Assembly (NCBI GenBank): GCA_045606425.1
Contig: JAZURV010000013.1
Coordinates: 1,199-65,198 of the forward strand
Reading direction: 5' to 3'
Source: Candidatus Enterousia sp.
GTDB lineage: Bacteria > Pseudomonadota > Alphaproteobacteria > Rs-D84
Length of the DNA: 64,000 bases
A model generated the notes under the pieces. The model did not search any database and had not been told where the DNA came from. It saw nothing but the letters and a program-made list of their open reading frames with translations. This document shows, in pieces, positions 10,173 to 18,904 of the stretch; within the stretch, counting starts at the first letter, position 1; each line of letters opens with the position of its first letter. Both the position numbers and the translations under genes were made by a program.

Positions 10173-11114
10173 TTATTTATCCAATGCTTCGACTGCGTAT
10201 TCGCCTGGTTTTATGGCGCGACCAGGATTGTCCAGATTTTCGCCGTTTTTATATGTCGATGCACGGAATTTTGCCCCGTTTGTTGTGAATTCTGTTTTGA
10301 ATACCAGGTATCCGTTTGCGCCACCAGATGCAGGTCCCTGCATGCCGATTGAATAATATGCGCCAACCAGACCGTAATCCAGGTCAATATAATCAACACT
10401 AAGCAGTAAAGATATGTTTGACATGCCATCACTGGTCAGATTGCAGGCAAATTCGCGGTTCATCAGTGTTGCCTGGGAATTGTTCGGTACCGATATATCC
10501 ATAATTGTTGGTTCGCATGTCCGTTGAATGCCGTTTACCAGAAATTCGTAAGTCATTGTCACTGTGGCGCGCGACAGACCTGTCGACAGGTTGACCTGGG
10601 ATATTGTGGCCTTTGGAATTTTTACCAGCGCATTCGCTATGCCAGAACGAACTGGGAACGAAATGCCAGATTGTAAACAACTGCGCGAAAATGGGTCTGC
10701 TTCGCAAATATACAGGCGCGAATGTGCGTTTGTCATAAACATGTTGGCCAAACTGTTAAATAAAAATGTGCGCGTTATACGATTATTCAGGCGCGTGCAG
10801 TTAAAATCACGACAAATTACCGTGGGGCGTTCTGTAAATTGAACCCCAGGATTCATATCGTATTCTTCACTGCGTGTTTGATATATTACTTCATCATAAT
10901 CGACACTGTCGTCCATATTCATGAATTCTGATTCTGGGATAAAATTCGGGTCGTCAGGATACGCATAATAGGAACGGACTGGAACCTCTGTATAAACAGT
11001 CTGGGTTTCTTCGAATGTATAATTGTCATAGGAATAGTCGTCGTAATCCTGGGCAAAACAGGTGCTGTGCGCGCCAAATGCCAACAATAAAGCCAAAAAT
11101 GCAGATTTTTTCAT
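10173..11114 (-). CDS. Secreted hypothetical protein (signal peptide, acidic Tyr/Asp-rich N-terminus)
   Basis: MKKSAFLALLLAFGAHSTCFA signal peptide. 313 aa, ending 20 nt upstream of the response regulator start. I recognised no domain. Confidence 0.55.
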   Translation of the reverse strand: MKKSAFLALLLAFGAHSTCFAQDYDDYSYDNYTFEETQTVYTEVPVRSYYAYPDDPNFIPESEFMNMDDSVDYDEVIYQTRSEEYDMNPGVQFTERPTVICRDFNCTRLNNRITRTFLFNSLANMFMTNAHSRLYICEADPFSRSCLQSGISFPVRSGIANALVKIPKATISQVNLSTGLSRATVTMTYEFLVNGIQRTCEPTIMDISVPNNSQATLMNREFACNLTSDGMSNISLLLSVDYIDLDYGLVGAYYSIGMQGPASGGANGYLVFKTEFTTNGAKFRASTYKNGENLDNPGRAIKPGEYAVEALDK

Positions 11115-11264
11115 AGGTTTAACCTTTTTTCTCTCGTATACTTTATAAAATGATAGAATATTTTTATGGTCTGTGTCAAAGCAAAAATATTTTTATTGAA
11201 AATAATAACAAAATTGTTCTATAAATATATCACAGTGATAAAATTTGGACCAAGGTGATATAAA

Positions 11265-11924
11265 ATGGTAGATGTTATTATTACAGGTGATTCTGGTAAA
11301 TTGCACGCGGTTTATCATAAATCAGATATCGAAGCCGCACCCCTGGCGGTCGTTTTGTCTGGGTGTCCGCGTCAGAAATGTCATATGAATGACAGAATAT
11401 CCTATGCGATGTTTCGCGCGTTTATGGATATTGGTTTTTCTGTGGTGCGTTTTAATTATCGTGGGGTCAACGATTCCGAAGGTTCAATCGGAACAACATC
11501 TGAAAATATGTTGGATATCGCGACAGTTATCGATTGGATTCAGAACAAAAACGAAGACAGCGATAAAATTTGGCTGGCGGGGAATCAGTTGGGTGCCTGG
11601 TATGTATTACAGGCCATGATGCGTCGGCCAGAAATTTCTGGATTTGCGCTGGTGTCACCTGACCCGTCTGTGTCTGATTTTGGTTTTTTGTCGCCACGCC
11701 CAAATCGCGGGCTGTTGTTGCAGGGGGCAAATGAAGGTGATGAAGCAACATCTTTTGGGGTACATTTAACCCAAATACTGAAAAAACAGGCGCAAATAGA
11801 TTTGGAAACAATTCGTGTTAAGAATGCAGATGCTAATTATTCTGCACCTGCGGATTTGCGTCAAATGTATAATGACCTAAAGGCCTATGTCGGGCGTGAA
11901 AATTCTGATAGCAAGTTGTTATAG
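11265..11924 (+). CDS. Alpha/beta-fold hydrolase (COG2945-like)
   Basis: 219 aa. The pattern HP.......M......A.......G....RFN.RGV..S.G and the short alpha/beta hydrolase length fit this family. The assignment is from memory of the family. Confidence 0.55.
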   Translation: MVDVIITGDSGKLHAVYHKSDIEAAPLAVVLSGCPRQKCHMNDRISYAMFRAFMDIGFSVVRFNYRGVNDSEGSIGTTSENMLDIATVIDWIQNKNEDSDKIWLAGNQLGAWYVLQAMMRRPEISGFALVSPDPSVSDFGFLSPRPNRGLLLQGANEGDEATSFGVHLTQILKKQAQIDLETIRVKNADANYSAPADLRQMYNDLKAYVGRENSDSKLL

Positions 11925-11926
11925 TT

Positions 11927-12919
11927 ATGATGGGTGAAAATAAAAGATTTTTGGATCCAAACATTCCAGATGAAATGGCGAACAGTATTCGTCCAAAGAA
12001 TCTGAATGATTTTATCGGACACGAAGCGTTAAAACAAAACCTGTCTGTGTTTGTGTCTGCGGCGCGTGGTCGTGGCGAAGCGATGGACCATGTTTTGTTG
12101 TATGGTCCCCCGGGATTGGGCAAAACAACATTGGCACATATCGTTGCAAATGAATTGGGTACGAATTTTCGTGCCACATCGGCACCTATGTTGACCAAGC
12201 AAGGTGATTTAGCAGCAATTTTGACTGCGCTGGAACCGATGGATGTTTTGTTTATAGATGAAATCCACCGTTTGCCAACAGCAATTGAAGAAGTCCTTTA
12301 TTCTGCGATGGAAGATTTCAAATTGGATATTATGCTGGGCGAAGGTCCAACGGCGAAATCTGTGCGTATAGATTTGCCCCCGTTCACATTAGTTGGTGCG
12401 ACAACCCGTACCGGTTTATTGTCGAATCCGTTGCGTGACAGATTTGGAATCGATTTAAGATTGTCTTTTTATTCTGTGGCAGATTTAGCAAAGATAATAA
12501 TGCGTTCTGCACAAATTTTGGGAACTAATATAGACGAAAATGGTGCCACTTTGTTGGCGGCATCTTCGCGTGGTACACCGCGTATTGCGAATCGGTTGTT
12601 GAAACGCGCGCGTGATTTTGCTGCGGCGGTTGGTAAAGATTTTATAGACGCCGATACAATAAAAACTACACTTTTTCAATTGCACATAGATGGCGCGGGA
12701 TTGGACGAAATTGACCGTGAATATATAAACGCGATAATTCAACATTATGCCGGCGGTCCGGTCGGAATTGACAATTTAGCGGCGGCACTCAGCGAACCTG
12801 CCGATACAATCGAAGATGTTATTGAACCATATTTGATGCAGTTGGGATTTATTCAGCGGACGCCACGCGGTCGTATTGTCACGGATGCCGGATACAGACA
12901 CCTGGGTTTAGAAAAATGA
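11927..12919 (+). CDS. ruvB: Holliday junction branch migration helicase RuvB
   Basis: RP..L..FIGHE, Walker A (GPPGLGKTT), Walker B (FIDEIHRL), the TLVGATTR sensor and [11 protein letters not shown]. Confidence 0.96.
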   Translation: MMGENKRFLDPNIPDEMANSIRPKNLNDFIGHEALKQNLSVFVSAARGRGEAMDHVLLYGPPGLGKTTLAHIVANELGTNFRATSAPMLTKQGDLAAILTALEPMDVLFIDEIHRLPTAIEEVLYSAMEDFKLDIMLGEGPTAKSVRIDLPPFTLVGATTRTGLLSNPLRDRFGIDLRLSFYSVADLAKIIMRSAQILGTNIDENGATLLAASSRGTPRIANRLLKRARDFAAAVGKDFIDADTIKTTLFQLHIDGAGLDEIDREYINAIIQHYAGGPVGIDNLAAALSEPADTIEDVIEPYLMQLGFIQRTPRGRIVTDAGYRHLGLEK

Positions 12920-13353
12920 GGCGTTTGTTAGTCTTTTTGTCTGTTGTTGTGCTGTTTCTGTCGGGGTGTATGACAGATTCTGGGGTTTATAAATATAAAA
13001 ACAGTACAAAACCATATACGATTGCAGGGCATACTTATTATCCAATGCGGTCTGCGGCCGGTTTTACTGAAACTGGTATTGCGTCGTGGTATGGACCTGG
13101 GTTTCACACAAAAAAGACAGCCAGTGGCGAAGAATTTAATCAAAACGCTTTTACTGCTGCGCATAAAACTTTGCCATTTGGTACGCGTTTAAAAGTGACA
13201 AATTTAGATAACAATTTAACCACTGTTGTTGTTGTGAATGACCGCGGACCGTTTAAGTCTGGCCGTATTATAGACCTGTCCAATGCAGCCGCCAAAGAAT
13301 TACGAATTGTTGGGACTGGAACCGCCCTTGTCCGAATCGAAGCAATAAAATAA
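12916..13353 (+). CDS. rlpA: RlpA-like septal lytic transglycosylase lipoprotein (DPBB domain only)
   Basis: Lipobox LFLSGC, then GIASWYG..FH...TASGE.F......[10 protein letters not shown]...VTN......V.V.VNDRGPF...RIIDLS..AA. Confidence 0.85.
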   Translation: MRRLLVFLSVVVLFLSGCMTDSGVYKYKNSTKPYTIAGHTYYPMRSAAGFTETGIASWYGPGFHTKKTASGEEFNQNAFTAAHKTLPFGTRLKVTNLDNNLTTVVVVNDRGPFKSGRIIDLSNAAAKELRIVGTGTALVRIEAIK

Positions 13354-13365
13354 AGAGAGTAAAAA

Positions 13366-13743
13366 ATGAACCCGGCACATATTTTTAATTTTGCAGTTGC
13401 CTATGCAGATACAGACGCAGAAGGCATAATGTATCATGGTCGCTATATAGAAATCGCAGAACGCGCGCGTTCAAACTGGTCGCGCGGTATGGTTATACCC
13501 AGTGGAGATACAGGTTTTGTTGTGCGTGAACTGAATATAAAATATATGCGCCCACTTTTGTTAAATGATGAATTTGTTGTCGAAACGCGTCCGATAAAGA
13601 TTGGTGCTGCGTCAATGATTATTGAACAAAAATTCGTGAAAAACGAAAATATTTGTGCTATAATAAACATAACAATTGCGTATTTGGGTTCTGATATGCG
13701 TCCAAAGGCCATGCCAGAATCTGTATTAAATATGTTTGAATAA
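13366..13743 (+). CDS. ybgC: Tol-Pal-associated acyl-CoA thioesterase YbgC (4HBT fold)
   Basis: V.Y.DTD..G...H..Y hotdog-thioesterase N-terminus, 125 aa, immediately upstream of tolQ. Confidence 0.8.
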   Translation: MNPAHIFNFAVAYADTDAEGIMYHGRYIEIAERARSNWSRGMVIPSGDTGFVVRELNIKYMRPLLLNDEFVVETRPIKIGAASMIIEQKFVKNENICAIINITIAYLGSDMRPKAMPESVLNMFE

Positions 13744-13767
13744 TTTTTATAAAAAAGGAAGGAAGAA

Positions 13768-14259
13768 ATGGAAAATAATTTTTCGTTGTTGTCTTTGTTT
13801 TCAGGGCGTGATTTGATGACATTGTTTGTGTCGATTGTTCTGGTTGTTGCCAGTGTGATGTCCTGGATGGTTATTATTGAAAAAATTCGTTTGTGGAATT
13901 TTCAGAAAAAACACCCTGTGTCGGTGAAGCATGGTGATAATCTGGATACAATTGTTGATAAACTGGTGCGGCCTTTTGATAAAAACCTGTGGTTTTTATC
14001 CATGGTATCATATGTTGCGCCGTTTGTTGGGTTGTTTGGGACTGTTTGGGGGGTTATGGATTCGTTTGCAGCAATCGGTGTGAACCAGTCTGTCAGTATT
14101 GGTGTTATTGCGCCGGGTTTGGCGGTCGCGTTGGGAACAACTGCGTTGGGTTTGATTGCGGCGGTTCCTGCGGCAATTGCTTATAATGTTTTTGCAAAGA
14201 AATCAGACGATTTGTACGATAAATTGGACGAAAGCGTCAAAGAAATGAAACATAAATAA
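13768..14259 (+). CDS. tolQ: TolQ (MotA/TolQ/ExbB proton channel), compact form
   Basis: C-terminal GLFGTVWG....F and APG...AL.TTA.GL..A.PA..AYN motifs. At 163 aa it has a shorter loop between TM1 and TM2 than typical TolQ proteins of about 230 aa. Confidence 0.8.
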   Translation: MENNFSLLSLFSGRDLMTLFVSIVLVVASVMSWMVIIEKIRLWNFQKKHPVSVKHGDNLDTIVDKLVRPFDKNLWFLSMVSYVAPFVGLFGTVWGVMDSFAAIGVNQSVSIGVIAPGLAVALGTTALGLIAAVPAAIAYNVFAKKSDDLYDKLDESVKEMKHK

Positions 14260-14279
14260 AAAACACAGGAATAATAACA

Positions 14280-14684
14280 ATGTCCAGAAGACGTTCGGGA
14301 ACCAGTGATGCAAATATGTCATTGACCCCAATGATAGATGTAATGACGACCCTGTTGGCGGTGTTTATGGTGACAACGCCCATGTTGACGGCGGGAATAG
14401 ATATTGAATTGCCGCGCGCAGGCACTTCGGCGATGACTGGCAATAACCACGCAATTCAAATCAGTGTCGATTCACGGGGAAATTACTATTTGTTGAATCA
14501 GCAATTGCCACGCGATGAAATTGTTAAACGCGCAATTGCGATGCGTGGCGAAAATCCAAACCTGACAATCATGCTTAGTGGTGATACGCATGCAGATTAC
14601 GGTGCGGTTATGTCAATGATGGGCAAACTGAAAGATGTCGGCTTTCAACGCGTCGGTTTGCGTACCCAGATAGATAACAAATGA
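14280..14684 (+). CDS. tolR: TolR (ExbD/TolR family)
   Basis: N.TPMIDVMTTLL.VFM anchor containing the conserved Asp, followed by a periplasmic ExbD fold. 134 aa. Confidence 0.85.
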   Translation: MSRRRSGTSDANMSLTPMIDVMTTLLAVFMVTTPMLTAGIDIELPRAGTSAMTGNNHAIQISVDSRGNYYLLNQQLPRDEIVKRAIAMRGENPNLTIMLSGDTHADYGAVMSMMGKLKDVGFQRVGLRTQIDNK

Positions 14685-15430
14685 TGAATGCAAAAACGCA
14701 ATTTGAAACTGAAAATTTAATGATGTCTATTTTGGGACATCTGGTTTTGATTGCGATAATGGTGCTGTCGTTTTCTGTGGTGATTGAACGCGCAAAGTTG
14801 GTGACCCCAAATCGTATTGAAATTATAGAATTGGATTTGAAAAATGTAAAAATAACTGGGAACGAAACGAAACTGTACAATACCGCCATGCCAACACCAG
14901 AAAAAGAAGCAAAAGTTGATGTAAAAACAGAAAATAAACAAAATACAGAAAATGAAAAAATCGACATAAAACAACCAACTGTTGTTGAAAACGAAAGCAA
15001 AGATTCAAAAAAAGACAAAATAACCAAAAAAGACGAAGTAAAACCGGAAGAAAAACCTGCGCCACGCAAAAAAACTGTTGTTCGTGTCAACCGCGAAGTG
15101 TTATCGCTGGACAGGACAATGACGATTTCGGTTGTTGATGCAGTGCGTGTTGCGTTGACGCGTTGTTGGAATATAGATACTGGGCGCCCCGGGTTGGAAG
15201 ATATTCGTTTGACTGCACATATCAGATTTTTGCCAACTGGGGTTGTTGACCGTTTGTGGTTTGAATCAGAATCCCGCGCAGAAACAGACCCTGATTTTGC
15301 CTATGTGCTGGATACCGCAAAATCTGCGATAAAAACTTGTTCTCCGTTTTCGATGTTGCCACGAAACGAATATGAAGAGTGGCGTGATACAACGGTCAGT
15401 TTTTATCCGACCAGTGGTAAAGTTATGTAA
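14681..15430 (+). CDS. tolA: TolA-like envelope protein
   Basis: N-terminal TM segment, a Lys/Glu/Pro-rich linker and a C-terminal domain (CWN......G......I.....G.V). It overlaps the tolR stop by 4 nt. Confidence 0.65.
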   Translation: MMNAKTQFETENLMMSILGHLVLIAIMVLSFSVVIERAKLVTPNRIEIIELDLKNVKITGNETKLYNTAMPTPEKEAKVDVKTENKQNTENEKIDIKQPTVVENESKDSKKDKITKKDEVKPEEKPAPRKKTVVRVNREVLSLDRTMTISVVDAVRVALTRCWNIDTGRPGLEDIRLTAHIRFLPTGVVDRLWFESESRAETDPDFAYVLDTAKSAIKTCSPFSMLPRNEYEEWRDTTVSFYPTSGKVM

Positions 15431-15434
15431 AAAT

Positions 15435-15460
15435 AAAAAATCGCAATATTGCGATTTTTT
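15435..15460. terminator. Bidirectional intrinsic terminator (tolA on the plus strand, rnpB on the minus strand)
   Basis: AAAAAATCGCAATATTGCGATTTTTT perfect palindromic hairpin with A and T flanks. Confidence 0.75.
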
Positions 15461-15461
15461 T

Positions 15462-15802
15462 AATGTGCCAGGCGTTCAATAAGCCGGATTCTGTACAGCC
15501 AAAATCGCGTCCAAAGACCCAATAAAGGTTGCAAGCATAATTAATCTGCAAATTGCGTTGCCGCAAAATGTCAAGCCCTCTACCCAGTTCCGTTAGCGAC
15601 AGGGACGGTCTTGGAACCCTTTTTGAGGTTGCTGCACATAGAGATTGCCCGTTTCACCGTAACTAAATACGCTCGTCTCTGCTGCTCTAATCATCGGGTT
15701 ACCCCGTGTGGTCATTAGCCACTATGTTGTCCCAATGCAGTCCGGACTTTCCTCGGTATCACGACGCTGTGGTACCGCTATGCTTTTTCGCACCTGGCGT
15801 AC
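15462..15802 (-). ncRNA. rnpB: RNase P RNA, bacterial type A
   Basis: The minus strand carries the universally conserved GAGGAAAGTCCGGAC (P4 5' strand) and ACAGAATCCGGCTTAT (P4 3' strand). A P1 pairing of GCCAGGTG with CGCCTGGC closes the ends. About 340 nt. Confidence 0.9.
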
Positions 15803-15839
15803 AGATAATATCATGATTTTTGTTGTTTTCAATGAATTT

Positions 15840-16049
15840 TTATTCGCCCATTGTTTTGGCGTTATGCAGTGTTTCTTTCAATATTTCAGCAGCGATTTTA
15901 CGAATTTTTTGGGATAACGGACGAATATTCATAACTTCGGCAATGGTGTCACCAAATTTCTGAGATATGGCGTCTATCTGGGACGGCGCAATAATGAAAA
16001 CATCGCTGGAAATTTCGTTGTGTTGCAGTGTTCTGATGTTTTCTTTCAT
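15840..16049 (-). CDS. Hypothetical 69-aa protein
   Basis: Only an ORF with a plausible GGGGG RBS upstream. No motif recognised. Confidence 0.3.
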   Translation of the reverse strand: MKENIRTLQHNEISSDVFIIAPSQIDAISQKFGDTIAEVMNIRPLSQKIRKIAAEILKETLHNAKTMGE

Positions 16050-16149
16050 GATTTTGCCCCCTATTTCTAATTTCAGTCCTATAATATCATAAATTTTGAT
16101 AAATTAAAACTTGTTTTATAAAAAATATTTCTTATATAGATAAAGTATC

Positions 16150-16178
16150 TTGACCCGGGCGCCGAAAATTGCTATAAA
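16150..16178 (+). promoter_or_regulatory. Sigma70-like promoter upstream of secA
   Basis: TTGACC, a 17-nt spacer, then TATAAA, about 65 nt before the secA ATG. Confidence 0.45.
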
Positions 16179-16243
16179 ACGATAAATATTTTGGTGTTTC
16201 TGGGGCTGGCAAAGTCTTTGAAAGAAATGGTAAGGAATGAAGT

Positions 16244-18874
16244 ATGAAAAATGTATTGAAAATGCTGTTGGGTTCAGCGAATGACAGATTGGTAAAATCT
16301 TATGATAAAACTGTTTCCCTGATAAATGGATTAGAAGATAAATATGTGGCGATGTCTGACGATGAAATTCACGGATTGACCGCTGTGTTTCGCGAAAGAT
16401 TGAAAAATGGCGAAAAAGAAAAAGATATCTTGCCAGATGTTTTTGCCGCTGTACGCGAAGCCGCAAAGCGTTCCATCGGATTGCGTCATTTTGATGTGCA
16501 GTTGATTGGTGGTATGGTTTTGTCCAATGGGCAAATTTCAGAAATGAAGACCGGTGAAGGTAAAACACTGGTTGCAACATTGGCGTTGTATTTAAAGGCT
16601 TTGCATGGCAAAGGCGCCCATTTGATTACTGTGAATGATTATTTGGCGTCGCGTGACGCGGGCTGGATGGGTCAGGTTTATCGTTTCTTGGGTATGACAA
16701 TCGGGGTTATTCAACACGATATGTCTGACGAAGACAGACGCGCGGCATATAATTGCGATATTACCTATGTGACCAATTCTGAATTGGGTTTTGATTATTT
16801 GCGCGATAATATGAAATTCACCAAAGAACAACAGGTTTTGCGTCCGTTCTTTTATGCTATCGTTGACGAAGTGGACAGTATTTTGATTGACGAAGCGCGC
16901 ACACCGTTGATTATTTCTGGGCCTGCCGAAGATACCAGTGATTTGTATAACAAGGTTGATTCTGTGGTTGTTCAATTGGTTGCTGACGATTATAAAATTG
17001 ACGAAAAAGACCGCCATGTCACATTGACTGAATCTGGGATTGACCACGCAACTAGTTTGTTGAAAAAAGCGGATATTTTAATTGGCGATAATTTGTATTC
17101 GTCTGAAAATGCGATTGTCGTTATGCATTTACAGCAATCACTTTTGGCGCATCATTTGTATGAAAAAAATGTGAATTATGTTGTCCGCAATGGCGAAGTT
17201 TTAATTGTTGATGAATTTACAGGCCGTGTTATGTCTGGTCGCCGTTTCGGCAAAGGTTTGCACCAGGCAATCGAAGCCAAAGAACATGTGACAGTGCAAC
17301 CTGAAAATCAGACAGTGTCCAGTATTTCATACCAGAATTTATTCAGAATGTACCCGACATTGGCGGGTATGACCGGTACCGCGATGACCGAAGCGTCTGA
17401 ATTCGAAGAAATTTATAATTTGCGCGTTGTTGCGATTCCGACAAATAAACCTGTGGCGCGTGTTGACCATCACGATGAAATCTATCGCAATAAAAACGAA
17501 AAATATGATGCAATTATAAAACAGATTGCGGAATGTATGGAACGCGAACAGCCTGTGTTGGTTGGAACTGTTTCCATTGAAAAATCCGAAGAATTGGCAA
17601 AGATAGTCCAGGAAAAATTGGGGATTAAACCGGCGGTTTTGAATGCAAAACACCATGAAAGCGAAGCAAAAATTGTATCCCAGGCGGGTGCCCCGGGCGC
17701 TGTCACGATTGCAACAAATATGGCGGGTCGTGGAACCGATATTAAATTGGGTGGAAATGCCGAAGATTTAATTGCAGATTTAGATGAAACTGCCCCAGAT
17801 TTTGAAGATAAAAAGCAAGAAATTATAAAAACAATCGCTGCGAACAAAGAAAAGGTTTTGCGTGCAGGCGGTTTGTATGTAATTGGTACAGAACGTCATG
17901 AATCGCGTCGAATCGATAATCAGTTGCGTGGTCGTTCCGGACGGCAAGGTGATCCGGGTGATTCTAAGTTCTTCTTGGCATTGGACGATGATTTGATGCG
18001 TATATTTGGTGCCGCCAGATTGCAAAATATGTTGACCACTTTGGGGTTGAAACCAGGCGAAGCAATCACACACCCATGGATAACCAAGGCGTTGGAAAAA
18101 GCACAAAAACGTGTCGAAGCCAGATATTTTGAAGCGCGCAAAGAATTGCTGAAATACGACAATGTTATGAATGACCAGCGTACGGTTATCTATAAACAAC
18201 GCAACGATTTGATGACTATGGACGATTTGAATCCGTTGGTCACAGAACTGATAGGCGATGTTGTTGAAATTATCTGTGAAAAGAATATTCCTGAAAAGGC
18301 ACATCCGTCAACATGGAATATCGCCGGAATTCATGATGATATGATGCGAATTTTTGCATTGGATATTACAGATATCGACAAATGGAAAACAGACGAATCT
18401 ATATCTGAACGCGCGGCATATAATACTTTATATAATTTGGCGATGCATCGTTATAACCAACAAAATGAAAAATATGGTAACGAACTGATGCAAATGGCGC
18501 AACGGCAGATGATGTTGGGGGCGTTGGATGCAGTCTGGAAACGCCACTTGCAACAAATGGATTATTTGCAGGGCGCAATCGGATTGCGTGGATATGCGCA
18601 AAAGAATCCATTGTATGAATATAAAAATGAAGCGTTGGAATTGTTTAAAAACACAATCCAAAACTTTAAAACTATGTCGGTGGCGTATATTTGTCGTATG
18701 GAATTGACCCGCGAAGATGTCAATGCCACGGCACAACAACAGGCACAACATGATTCTGAATTGAACCAGAATACTGCGTCGAACAACATGTCAAACATGA
18801 ATATTTCGCGTAATGCGTTGTGTCCATGCGGTTCAGGATTGAAATACAAACATTGTCACGGTAAATTGCACTAA
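16244..18874 (+). CDS. secA: Preprotein translocase ATPase SecA
   Basis: 876 aa with MKTGEGKTL, DEVDSILIDEARTPLIISG, TNMAGRGTDI and the C-terminal zinc finger CPCGSGLKYKHCHG. Confidence 0.97.
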   Translation: MKNVLKMLLGSANDRLVKSYDKTVSLINGLEDKYVAMSDDEIHGLTAVFRERLKNGEKEKDILPDVFAAVREAAKRSIGLRHFDVQLIGGMVLSNGQISEMKTGEGKTLVATLALYLKALHGKGAHLITVNDYLASRDAGWMGQVYRFLGMTIGVIQHDMSDEDRRAAYNCDITYVTNSELGFDYLRDNMKFTKEQQVLRPFFYAIVDEVDSILIDEARTPLIISGPAEDTSDLYNKVDSVVVQLVADDYKIDEKDRHVTLTESGIDHATSLLKKADILIGDNLYSSENAIVVMHLQQSLLAHHLYEKNVNYVVRNGEVLIVDEFTGRVMSGRRFGKGLHQAIEAKEHVTVQPENQTVSSISYQNLFRMYPTLAGMTGTAMTEASEFEEIYNLRVVAIPTNKPVARVDHHDEIYRNKNEKYDAIIKQIAECMEREQPVLVGTVSIEKSEELAKIVQEKLGIKPAVLNAKHHESEAKIVSQAGAPGAVTIATNMAGRGTDIKLGGNAEDLIADLDETAPDFEDKKQEIIKTIAANKEKVLRAGGLYVIGTERHESRRIDNQLRGRSGRQGDPGDSKFFLALDDDLMRIFGAARLQNMLTTLGLKPGEAITHPWITKALEKAQKRVEARYFEARKELLKYDNVMNDQRTVIYKQRNDLMTMDDLNPLVTELIGDVVEIICEKNIPEKAHPSTWNIAGIHDDMMRIFALDITDIDKWKTDESISERAAYNTLYNLAMHRYNQQNEKYGNELMQMAQRQMMLGALDAVWKRHLQQMDYLQGAIGLRGYAQKNPLYEYKNEALELFKNTIQNFKTMSVAYICRMELTREDVNATAQQQAQHDSELNQNTASNNMSNMNISRNALCPCGSGLKYKHCHGKLH

Positions 18875-18904
18875 TGTGCTGTCATAGGGAAAGGAAGGTG
18901 TGTC

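Noticed and set aside
13768-14684. MotA/ExbB-like plus ExbD-like pair as a Zorya-type or other defence-associated proton-channel module
   Set aside because: The pair is flanked by ybgC upstream and a TolA-like gene downstream, which is the canonical Tol-Pal operon context. No ZorC/D-like genes are present.
15708-15917. 69-aa plus-strand ORF
   Set aside because: It overlaps the 5' part of the minus-strand RNase P RNA, including its GAGGAAAGTCCGG core.
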